64,000 nt of DNA. Source: Longimicrobiales bacterium. Lineage in GTDB: Bacteria > Gemmatimonadota > Gemmatimonadetes > Longimicrobiales > Gaopeijiaceae. Shown here one piece after another: positions 20,185-28,897 of the stretch (the stretch's first letter is position 1; the number at the start of each line of letters is the position of its first letter). A program made the translations under genes and the position numbers. The stretch lies in assembly GCA_965202805.1 (NCBI GenBank), contig OZ241869.1, forward strand, positions 1,824,001 through 1,888,000, written 5' to 3'. Under the pieces are notes generated by a model that ran no database searches, was not told where the DNA came from, and saw nothing but the letters and a program-made list of their open reading frames with translations.

Positions 20185-21803
20185 CCCCGACATCGCGCGA
20201 CTGCCCCGGCGACAACTCCCGCCCCGGCGACAACTCCCGGCCCGGCAACAACTCCAGCCCCGGCGACATCACCCGCCGTGAGTGGCTGGCCGGAGCCGGA
20301 GCGGGCACCGCCGCCTTCCTGCTCGAGCGCGATCCGCTTGGGGCCGTGGCGCCGTCAGCCGTGGCGCCGTCAGCCGGGAGGTCGCGGGGGCAGCAGGCGA
20401 GGACGGTGGTCTTCACGAACACCACGGTCGCGAACCCGGACGCCGTGCAGGACGACGTGGCGCTGGCGGTCGAGGGCAGCCGCATCGCGGCGATCGGGCC
20501 CACCGACGAGGTGCTTGCGGCATACCCCGGCGCCGAGCGGGTCGAGGGGCGCGGCAAGGCGCTCTTCCCCGGCCTCATCAACTGTCATGCGCACATGCGG
20601 GCGGTCGTCGCGCGCGGATTCAACGAGGACTTCGGCTTTCCCAACACGGCCAACCTGGCCGTCTCGCCCGCGAGCCTCCTCCAGGGCGAGGAAGGCAACC
20701 TCATGGTGCAGGTGGCCGCGCTCGAGGCCATCACCACCGGGACCACCACCATAGTCGAGTTCACCGGGAACGTGCAGCGCCAGGCCGGGGTGCTGGCCGA
20801 CTCCGGCCTCCGTTGCGTCCTCGCCGAGGGGATCCGCGACACCGAGAACGTGCCGGGTCCGGTGTCCACCCGTTCGATGGCCCGGTCGTTCAGCGGGACG
20901 CCCCGCTTCTCCGAAGCGCTCCTCGACGATGGCATGCAGCGCATCAGCGACCTCTTCAGCACCTGGCACGGCGCCGGGGACGGGCGCGTCACGGTCTTCC
21001 CGGCGGCATCGCTCACCGAAACCTCGTCGCCCGAGCTGCTGCGCGCGGTGCGCGACTTCGCCGAGACCCACGACCTCGGCTACACCATCCATCTGAACCA
21101 GAGCCGCGCCGAGTACGAGTTCATGGTCATGCACCATGGCCTGCGCCCGGCGGAGTATCTGGACCGGCACGACTTCCTCGGCCCCCGGCTGTTCGCGGCG
21201 CACGCCCGCTACGTGAACGATGCGGAGGTGGCGCTGCTGGGAAGGTCGGGCACCATCATCTCGCACCAGGCGGGGATGGCGGCGAACCGCGGCATCAGCC
21301 CCCCGATTCCGGCGCTGCGGACGGCCGGCTGCCCCATCGCGCTCGGGACCGACAACAACACCAACGACGTCTTCGAGGTGATGCGCATCGCCCTGCTGAC
21401 CGAGCGCATCCGGCGCAATCGCGACGGCGACGAGGTGCCCGGCCTCGCGCCTCAGCCCGAGGACATCCTGGCCGACTGCACGCAGGGAGGAGCGCTGGCG
21501 GTGCAGCAGCCGGACGACCTCGGAACGCTGGAAGTCGGGAAGAAGGCCGACCTCCTCGTGGTGGACACGCTGCGGCCGCACCTCGTGCCCGCCGGGCGCG
21601 TCATTTCCGCGCTGGTGCACAGCGGCCACCCGGGCGACATCGAGTCGGTCATGGTCGATGGCCGCTTCGTCATGCGCGACCGCGAGGTCCTGACCATGGA
21701 CGAGGAAGCCATCCTGCGCGAAGCCGACGCGGTCGGCCGGAGGATCTGGAGCCGGGTGCTGGAGGCGAGCCCGCTCAACGTGCCCCGGCTGCCGCGCGGC
21801 TGA
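20157..21803 (+). CDS. Amidohydrolase family protein (SsnA/Atz-like) with probable Tat signal
   Basis: TRREWL twin-arginine motif, PGLINCHAH, TIHLNQ, ALGTD, GTLEVGKKADL. Confidence 0.85.
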   Translation: MSAPANEKPAPTSRDCPGDNSRPGDNSRPGNNSSPGDITRREWLAGAGAGTAAFLLERDPLGAVAPSAVAPSAGRSRGQQARTVVFTNTTVANPDAVQDDVALAVEGSRIAAIGPTDEVLAAYPGAERVEGRGKALFPGLINCHAHMRAVVARGFNEDFGFPNTANLAVSPASLLQGEEGNLMVQVAALEAITTGTTTIVEFTGNVQRQAGVLADSGLRCVLAEGIRDTENVPGPVSTRSMARSFSGTPRFSEALLDDGMQRISDLFSTWHGAGDGRVTVFPAASLTETSSPELLRAVRDFAETHDLGYTIHLNQSRAEYEFMVMHHGLRPAEYLDRHDFLGPRLFAAHARYVNDAEVALLGRSGTIISHQAGMAANRGISPPIPALRTAGCPIALGTDNNTNDVFEVMRIALLTERIRRNRDGDEVPGLAPQPEDILADCTQGGALAVQQPDDLGTLEVGKKADLLVVDTLRPHLVPAGRVISALVHSGHPGDIESVMVDGRFVMRDREVLTMDEEAILREADAVGRRIWSRVLEASPLNVPRLPRG

Positions 21804-21920
21804 GAGTGGGGCCGCGCGCGGGCTGAGAACGACAGCCGCGCGGGGGCTGAACGCGACGGGTCTCAGCAGGATGTAGCGCCGGCGCCGTTTCGCGGACCCG
21901 CCCTCAGCCGCGGTGGCCCC

Positions 21921-22814
21921 TCAGCCCCTCAGGTGCTCGTTGAAGAAGGCGATGGTGCGCTCCTGGGCGAGGCCGGCGGCTTCCTGGTCGTAGCGGGGGG
22001 TGGTGTCGTTGTGGAAGCCGTGGTTGGCGCCCTCGTAGACGTGGACCGCGAACTCCTTCCCGTTCGCCTCGAGCGCCTCCTGGTAGGCCGGGTAGGCGGC
22101 GTTGATGCGCTCGTCCAGGCCCGCGAGCTGGATCATGAGGGGCGCCTGTATCGAGGGCACGTCCTCCAAGGCCGGCGCCGATCCGTAGAAGGGCACGCCC
22201 GCGCCCAGATCCGGTAGTCGGACCGCGAGCTGGTTCACCACTCCGCCGCCGTAGCAGAAGCCGACGGCCCCGACTCGCCCGGTGGTCGCCTCGTGGTCCC
22301 GCAGGAACCGGAACGCGGCCACCCAGTCCTCCATCATCACGTCCCTGTCGAGCTGCCGCTGCATCTCCCGGCCCTCGTCGTCGTTGCCGGGATACCCGCC
22401 CAGGGGAGTGAGCGCGTCCGGCCCCAGCGCCACGAAACCGGCCGCGGCGAACCTGCGCACCACGTCTTCGATGTAGGGGTTGAGGCCGCGATTCTCGTGG
22501 ATGACGAGGACCGCGGGCGCGGGCTCCGTCGCCCCGGCGGGCAGGGCCAGATAGCCGCGCATGGTCCCCGAGCCGTCCGGTGACGGATAGGTGACGTACT
22601 CCTGCCGGATGCGGGCGTCGTCGGTCTCCACCTGCCGCGCCCACGCATAGTTGGGACGAAGCGCCTCGAGCACCGCCACGGCAGCCGCACCGCCGCCCAG
22701 CACCTTCCCCGCACCCTCCAGGAAGTCCCGGCGCCGAATGAACCCGTGGACATAGCCGTCGAAGAGGGCCAGCACCTCCTGGGGGAAATCGCTCGCCTGC
22801 TTTCGTGTGCTCAT
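21921..22814 (-). CDS. Dienelactone hydrolase family (YghX-like)
   Basis: RRDF Tat-like motif, VIHENRGLNP, GFCYGG, HGFHNDTTPRYD. Confidence 0.9.
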   Translation of the reverse strand: MSTRKQASDFPQEVLALFDGYVHGFIRRRDFLEGAGKVLGGGAAAVAVLEALRPNYAWARQVETDDARIRQEYVTYPSPDGSGTMRGYLALPAGATEPAPAVLVIHENRGLNPYIEDVVRRFAAAGFVALGPDALTPLGGYPGNDDEGREMQRQLDRDVMMEDWVAAFRFLRDHEATTGRVGAVGFCYGGGVVNQLAVRLPDLGAGVPFYGSAPALEDVPSIQAPLMIQLAGLDERINAAYPAYQEALEANGKEFAVHVYEGANHGFHNDTTPRYDQEAAGLAQERTIAFFNEHLRG

Positions 22815-23155
22815 GATCAATCTCCGAAGGTCGTAGTGGTGTCGTGGCCGAGGTCGTCGGCCAACAGGAACCTGCCTGACTGCGAGTCAGGATAGTGCTC
22901 GGGGCACAGCGAGAACAAGAAGGCGGTTCGGTGGCTCACAGAGCGTTCACGCGGGTGCGGACGTGTCCCCCATGACAGTCGCCGGTGCGCGATGGCACGC
23001 CTCCTGCTTAGCGTGCCGAGGCGTCAGACGTCCAGGTTGCCGCCGACAGTAGCGCGGGATGCCCCTGCGCGACTCGGCCGCGCGCGCGCCGGACAGGGCC
23101 TGCGGGTCGAACGCCACGACGATTTTTCGGGACATGATAACGGACAGGATAGCAT

Positions 23156-24307
23156 ATGGAACGACCGAGGAAACTAACCGCGGGTTTCGTCAAGGCAGTC
23201 CGGCGGCCCGGCCGATACGGGGACGGACGCGGAGGCTTCGGGCTGTCGCTGCTGGTCAAGCCCACGTCGACCGGACGGATCAGCAAGACGTGGGCGCAGC
23301 GCCTCTACATCAACGGCAGGCCCGTGAACCTGGGGCTGGGGGCGTATCCGCTGGTGACGTTGAAGGAGGCGAGAGTCAAGGCGCTCGAGAACCGGCGCAC
23401 GCTGGAGCGGGGGATGGACCCCAGGAGCGACGGCACACCGACGTTCGCGCGAGCCGCCGAGAAGGTGATCGCGATCCACAGGGCGAACTGGAAGCCGGGC
23501 AGCGACACCGAGCAGCAGTGGAGGCAGAGCCTGCGCGAGTACGTCTACCCGAAGATCGGGGACAAGACGGTGGACGAGATCACGACGACGGACGTGATGG
23601 CCATCCTGCTGCCGATCTGGAACGAGAAGCGGGTGACGGCGACGCGGGTGCGCAACAGGATTTCGGCGGTGATGAGGTGGGCCGTCGCGCAGGAGTACAG
23701 GGAGGGGAATCCGGCCGGCGACACCATCGCGGCCGCACTGCCCAGGAACGAGGTTCGAACGGTCCACCATCGCGCGCTGCCTCACACCCAGGTTGCGCGG
23801 GCGCTGGCGAGAGTGCGTGCGAGCACGTCGCAGCCCATGACCAAGCTGGCATTCGAGTTTCTCGTTCTGACCGCGTCCAGATCGGGCGAGGCCCGGAGTG
23901 CGAGATGGGCCGACATCGACGCCGGGGCCGCCACATGGACCGTGCCCGCCAAACACATGAAGACGGGACGCGAGCACCGGGTGCCGCTGTCCTCACGCGC
24001 GCTCGAAGTGCTCGCCCAGGCGCGCCATCGATGCAGGGGATCCGAGCTGGCGTTCCCCTCCCCGGCCGGCCGCAAGCTGACCGGCAACACGTTCTCCCTG
24101 CTCTGCCGGCGCCTTGAAATCGCCGCCGTTCCGCACGGCTTCCGTTCCTCGTTCCGCGACTGGTGCGCCGAGCGCGGCGTACCCCGCGAGGTCGCCGAAT
24201 CCGCGCTCGCGCACGCGGTCAAGGGCGTCGAGGGCGCTTACCTGCGATCCGATCTCTTCGAGCAACGGCGGGAGATCATGGAAGCATGGGCCGACTACGT
24301 GCGGTAA
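23156..24307 (+). CDS. Tyrosine recombinase/integrase (P4-like, with arm-binding domain)
   Basis: KLTA..PGRYGDG..GL.L.V N-terminus; catalytic LTASRSGE, MKT..HRVPLS, HGFRSSFRDW, LAH, AY.RSD. Appears intact. Confidence 0.92.
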   Translation: MERPRKLTAGFVKAVRRPGRYGDGRGGFGLSLLVKPTSTGRISKTWAQRLYINGRPVNLGLGAYPLVTLKEARVKALENRRTLERGMDPRSDGTPTFARAAEKVIAIHRANWKPGSDTEQQWRQSLREYVYPKIGDKTVDEITTTDVMAILLPIWNEKRVTATRVRNRISAVMRWAVAQEYREGNPAGDTIAAALPRNEVRTVHHRALPHTQVARALARVRASTSQPMTKLAFEFLVLTASRSGEARSARWADIDAGAATWTVPAKHMKTGREHRVPLSSRALEVLAQARHRCRGSELAFPSPAGRKLTGNTFSLLCRRLEIAAVPHGFRSSFRDWCAERGVPREVAESALAHAVKGVEGAYLRSDLFEQRREIMEAWADYVR

Positions 24308-24392
24308 CCGCGGGAGATGCATCGCGCGCATAACCCTGATAATAGCGGCATGGTCGTGTAGTCGTATCACATTGTCATGATGTGAGTTAAGG

Positions 24393-27300
24393 ATGGTCGG
24401 TGCCGGTGAGTACATCCGGTCTTCGGCCGTGGTCGGCAACGTAGTTGCCGCGGACGCGATGATGAGCGGCGGCGACGGTCAGCCCGAGACGCTGGCGGGC
24501 GTGACGGTCACGCTCGGCGGCGAGCACGCCATGGGCGAGACCATGGAGACCGACATGAGCGGCGGCTTCGCCTTCACCGGGCTCCGCGCCGGCACCTACA
24601 CGGTCACCATCTCGGACTTCCCGGAGGACGTCTCCTTCGAGGAAGTGAGCCTCGAGATCTCGGTCGAGGTGGGCGAGGTCGGCCAGGCCGACTTCACGGG
24701 CCACTTCATCCGCACGTCCGCGGTCGAGGGCCAGGTGATCATCGAGGGCGAGGGCCTTGCCGGGGTGACGGTCACCCTGAACGGCGGGCCGGCCGACGAG
24801 AGCTACACGATGATGACCGACGCCGACGGCATGTACCGGTTCGAGGAACTGCGCCCCGGCGACTACACGGTCAGCATCAGCGACTTCGACACCCGCGACT
24901 ACGAGTTCGCGGCCACGTCCCAGGACGTGAGCGTGGACCTGGACGAGACCGGAACGGTGTCGTTCACCGGCGTCCTGCTCCGGACTTCGGGCATCGCCGG
25001 CCGGGTGAGCGTCGAAGGCATGGGCCTCGGCGGCATCGAGGTCACGCTGTCGGGCGGAGAGGAAGCCCAGACGGCGATGACCGACGACGGCGGCCAGTAC
25101 AACTTCGCGGGCCTGGCGGCTGGCGACTACACGGTCTCGATCGCGGTCGAGAGCGACGCCTACGTGTTCGAGTCGATGAGCTCGGACGTGACGGTCGGTG
25201 ACGACGAGTCGAAGATCGTCAACTTCGAGGGCATGCACGCGAGGACCGCGAGCGTGTCCGGCATGGTGTTCCTCGACGAGGCGACCAAGAACGACATGCA
25301 CGACGAGGGCGAGCATCCTCTGGCGCACGCCGGCATTCCGGTGGCGCTGGTGGGCCCGGGCGTCAACGAGCAGCGGCTGGGCGCGACCGACGCGACCGGC
25401 GCCTTCTCGTTCTCGGGTCTCCGCTCCGGCCCGTACCAGCTGGTCGTCCTCATCGACGCCACGGTGGCGGCTGCACTCGCGGCCAACGACGTGGCGTACG
25501 GCGGACCGGCGACCGGCTACGAGATCGCTCTCGGTGTCGGCGAGGCCGCATCGCAGGGGATTCCGTTCGACATCACGCACACGACCGTGAACTTCACGGT
25601 GATGCTGAGGCATGGCGACGACATGGGTGCGGCGGTTCCCGGCGCCAGCGTCACGCTCTACTCCGACGCGGACGGCGAGAACAAGGTCGGCAGCGGCGAC
25701 ACCGGCGACGACGGCTCCGTGGCGATCAAGGTCGCGCGTGGCTACACCAGCGGGAACATGGTGCACGCGGGCGTGTCCGCAGACGGTTACACCGGCGAAG
25801 GCATGACGGCCGTGTCGTGGGATCCGCAGATGTTCGCAACCGCGGCCTCCAACAGCCACGACCTCGTCAACCTGAGCGTCGACGCGACGGTCAGCGGCGC
25901 GACGGTCGAGACCGAGTACGGTGGCGGCAAGGCACTCGGCGGCTGGGCGATGAGCGTCATGTCCGGCGACGATGCGGTTGATGGCGCACCCGAGATGCTG
26001 GACGACGAGGGCAACGCGGCGTTCATGACCACCGTCGGAGCCGACGACCTGCCCGCGACCTACACCTTCGCGGTCGCCGACGACCAGGACGACAAGCTGG
26101 ACGGCGGCGAGAAGTACGCCGGGACCTCGGTCGAGTACACGCACACCGGTCTCGCGCTGGCGGGCACGATGGACGCCGGCACGATGGAGGTGGCGTACAC
26201 GACCCAGACCCTAAAGGTCTACGTGCACCACGAGCGCGACCAGGTGATGGGCTACACCGGCAACATCCTGGGCGGTGACGCGAGGGACGATGGCCAAGTC
26301 TCCGTCAGCATCCGCTACATCGATGGCAACGGCCGCTCCCGTGCGTTCGCGACTGCGGACAAGATCTCGAGCCCGGACAACAACGGTAGCAAGGGTGTCT
26401 GGACCTTCAGCAACGTTCCGGCCGACAGGAAAGTCATCGTGCAGGCGGAAGCGGCTACGGGCGTGGAGAACATCAAGCTCCTCGATCCCGACGAGCTCGC
26501 GGCGTACACGATGATGGACGTCAACGGCATCACGGGCGGCGCCTTCGGCGAGATGGGCGGCTTCAACCACACGGTCGAGCTCTGCCCGCTGCAGGCCACC
26601 ACGCCCCAGGACCACGACGAGTGCGCATCGTTCGCCTACGTGACCACGTACACCGTGAGCGGGCAGGTGTGGAAGAACACCGTCAAGATGAAGGGCGACG
26701 ACTTCGACACCGGTGATGACGACGATGGCATCACCACGTTCGTACCCGGGCAGACGGTCAGCCTGTCGCCGGTCGAAGGCGAGAACCTCGCCGGTGAGGA
26801 AGAGTCCCACACCACGACGGAGAAGGCGGTCAAGGGACCGGGTGAGACCTCCAAGGGGAATGAGGTACTCGACGAGACGCACCAGTTCAACTTCGGCGCG
26901 GTGGCCGCGGGCGTTTACGAGCTCAGCGTTCCGTCCGGATGGCGGGCGAAGATGGGCGACATGGATGCCACGGACGATGTCGACGACGCGTTCGACCCGC
27001 TCGAGGGCGAAGTCACGCTCGACGTTACGCCGGCGACGGCTACCCTGTTCGGACGCGTGGACGGCACCGACGGCTTCCCGCTCGACAGCGTGACCGTGAC
27101 CGTGAACGGCCTGTCGGCCATGACCGACGCGTCCGGTCGCTACATCATCGACGGCATCGCTCCGGCGACGCGCAAGATCGGCAGCGCGACGCACAGGAAC
27201 AGCATCTTCGTGGAGGCCTCCCGCAAGGGCTACACCGTCGCAAAACTCGATCCCATCACTTTTGGCACGGGAGCCGAGACCAAAGCGAACAAGACGACGA

Positions 27301-28751
27301 GGCAGGACATCGACCTGGCGGGCGTCCAGTCACGTGCCACGTTCAGCGGCAAGGTCATTGCTTCCAACGGCGGCGCACCGATCGCCGGCGTGGAAATCCT
27401 GGTGGACGATGAGGCACCGCTCAACGCGGCGACGAGCGGCGCGAACAAGGGCAAGCTCGTGACGGGCGCCGACGGCACCTTCACGGCGGAGGCCAAGGCC
27501 AAGACACTGGGCGATATCGCCAACGTGTCGGCGCAGAAGGACGGTTGGACCTTCGTACCCGCCGCGTACCCGGCCGCGGCCCACCCCGGAGCGGAGACGG
27601 CGAGCATCACCTTCTCCGGCTTCGTGAACGCCACGATTATGGGCAGAGTGGCCGCTCCGGGCGGCGGACCCATAAGCGGTGTCATCGTCACGGCGACGCC
27701 GGCAGCCGGCGGCGATGTCGCGGATGCCGACACCACGGGCGTGACGGGAAGCTTCTCGCTCAGCGTGTCGGGGGTCGGCGGCAGCTACAATCTGGCAGCC
27801 ACGCTGGCGAACCACACCTTCGAGCTCCCATCTCAGTACCGACAGGTGGTCAACGTCGCTCCGGGCCAGACCGTGAACATCGGCACCATCCAGGCGATGA
27901 CGTTCGCAGCCAGCGGCGTCGGCGCGTCGCGGTTGCGTGTGCTAGACGATGAGGACACCGACGACGACGAATCCGATCCCTCGCGGTACGTCTCCGCCGG
28001 CGGCGCTGGCAACGTCAGGGTGGCTTGGAAGGCGGGCACCGTGCCTGACGGACACATCGTCAGCTACCAGGCCCAGACCAAGGTCGGCGATGGTAACTGG
28101 GCGGACTTTGGCACCGCTGTCACGTCGGACGCCTTGGCGGGGGCTTCGCCCACAGACTCGACGGCAAGGCGCGGGGATGCCCCAGCCGCCAGCGATGGCG
28201 GGTTCATGGTTCGCGTCGTGTCCACCAGCGACAACGGCACGGCTGGAGACACGACCGACGATCCCGACGCGATCAACAGTGCTGAGGTTGACGTTGCGGC
28301 GATCGATCCGTCGGCCAGCGGTGTGAAGGCGAGGCGTCAGGCGGCAGCAGACTCAGACGAGGGGGCTGCGACCGGCGACTTCATCCAGGCCAGCTGGACC
28401 GCCGTGACGAGTGATGACTCCGACTTCCGGGTCGTTGCCCAGGTCACGCCCGCCGTTCTGCAAGGAAGCACGGTGTGGGTGGTCTTGGTGGCTCCGACTA
28501 CCGGCACTGGCACGGAAAGAGAGCTTGTCTCGGCTGAGATCGACGACACTTACTCCACGGCCCTGACTGTGGCTGAGCCCTCCGGCACGGGGACTCAGAC
28601 GGTCACCGTCACCGCAGCCGACCTCAGAAAGGCCATCAAGGTCGCTGTCGAGTCGGTGCAGGGTACCGCGGATGCCACGGATGACGGCCCGAAGTGGAAG
28701 CGCTCCGGGGCAGTTGATCTCGATGCGAGGGAGGAGTCCAGCGGCAGCTAA
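24393..28751 (+). CDS. 5'-truncated paralog (probable silent cassette) of the large Ig-like/carboxypeptidase-regulatory-like repeat surface lipoprotein
   Basis: From 24402 it is colinear with 38959-43251 (minus strand) but lacks the signal peptide, lipobox and first domain. Nearly identical N-terminal part, divergent C-terminal part. Confidence 0.8.
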   Translation: MVGAGEYIRSSAVVGNVVAADAMMSGGDGQPETLAGVTVTLGGEHAMGETMETDMSGGFAFTGLRAGTYTVTISDFPEDVSFEEVSLEISVEVGEVGQADFTGHFIRTSAVEGQVIIEGEGLAGVTVTLNGGPADESYTMMTDADGMYRFEELRPGDYTVSISDFDTRDYEFAATSQDVSVDLDETGTVSFTGVLLRTSGIAGRVSVEGMGLGGIEVTLSGGEEAQTAMTDDGGQYNFAGLAAGDYTVSIAVESDAYVFESMSSDVTVGDDESKIVNFEGMHARTASVSGMVFLDEATKNDMHDEGEHPLAHAGIPVALVGPGVNEQRLGATDATGAFSFSGLRSGPYQLVVLIDATVAAALAANDVAYGGPATGYEIALGVGEAASQGIPFDITHTTVNFTVMLRHGDDMGAAVPGASVTLYSDADGENKVGSGDTGDDGSVAIKVARGYTSGNMVHAGVSADGYTGEGMTAVSWDPQMFATAASNSHDLVNLSVDATVSGATVETEYGGGKALGGWAMSVMSGDDAVDGAPEMLDDEGNAAFMTTVGADDLPATYTFAVADDQDDKLDGGEKYAGTSVEYTHTGLALAGTMDAGTMEVAYTTQTLKVYVHHERDQVMGYTGNILGGDARDDGQVSVSIRYIDGNGRSRAFATADKISSPDNNGSKGVWTFSNVPADRKVIVQAEAATGVENIKLLDPDELAAYTMMDVNGITGGAFGEMGGFNHTVELCPLQATTPQDHDECASFAYVTTYTVSGQVWKNTVKMKGDDFDTGDDDDGITTFVPGQTVSLSPVEGENLAGEEESHTTTEKAVKGPGETSKGNEVLDETHQFNFGAVAAGVYELSVPSGWRAKMGDMDATDDVDDAFDPLEGEVTLDVTPATATLFGRVDGTDGFPLDSVTVTVNGLSAMTDASGRYIIDGIAPATRKIGSATHRNSIFVEASRKGYTVAKLDPITFGTGAETKANKTTRQDIDLAGVQSRATFSGKVIASNGGAPIAGVEILVDDEAPLNAATSGANKGKLVTGADGTFTAEAKAKTLGDIANVSAQKDGWTFVPAAYPAAAHPGAETASITFSGFVNATIMGRVAAPGGGPISGVIVTATPAAGGDVADADTTGVTGSFSLSVSGVGGSYNLAATLANHTFELPSQYRQVVNVAPGQTVNIGTIQAMTFAASGVGASRLRVLDDEDTDDDESDPSRYVSAGGAGNVRVAWKAGTVPDGHIVSYQAQTKVGDGNWADFGTAVTSDALAGASPTDSTARRGDAPAASDGGFMVRVVSTSDNGTAGDTTDDPDAINSAEVDVAAIDPSASGVKARRQAAADSDEGAATGDFIQASWTAVTSDDSDFRVVAQVTPAVLQGSTVWVVLVAPTTGTGTERELVSAEIDDTYSTALTVAEPSGTGTQTVTVTAADLRKAIKVAVESVQGTADATDDGPKWKRSGAVDLDAREESSGS
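24402..24442 (+). repeat. 41-bp perfect inverted repeat, left copy (candidate recombination site)
   Basis: GCCGGTGAGTACATCCGGTCTTCGGCCGTGGTCGGCAACGT is the reverse complement of 43211-43251. Confidence 0.85.
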
Positions 28752-28764
28752 CAACCCTTCAACC

Positions 28765-28850
28765 CCATCAGTCTGGCTGGCTCGCCACCAGTCAGGCTGA
28801 TGGTCGCAGGACGGCTCACCCCCCGTTCGGGATCCCCGGGCGGGGGGTGA
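28765..28850 (+). terminator. Conserved intergenic double hairpin (terminator or mRNA stability/processing element), copy 1
   Basis: CCATCAGTCTGGCTGG..CCAGTCAGGCTGATGG, then TCACCCCCCG..CGGGGGGTGA; homolog at 38859-38945. Confidence 0.6.
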
Positions 28851-28897
28851 CGCCCGTTATGGAGCTACCATCGAATCCCCGATGCGGAGACGGCACG

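Noticed and set aside
22821..23155. tRNA/tmRNA attachment site next to the integrase
   Set aside because: I could not find a cloverleaf, T-loop/CCA pattern or a direct-repeat att partner by eye.
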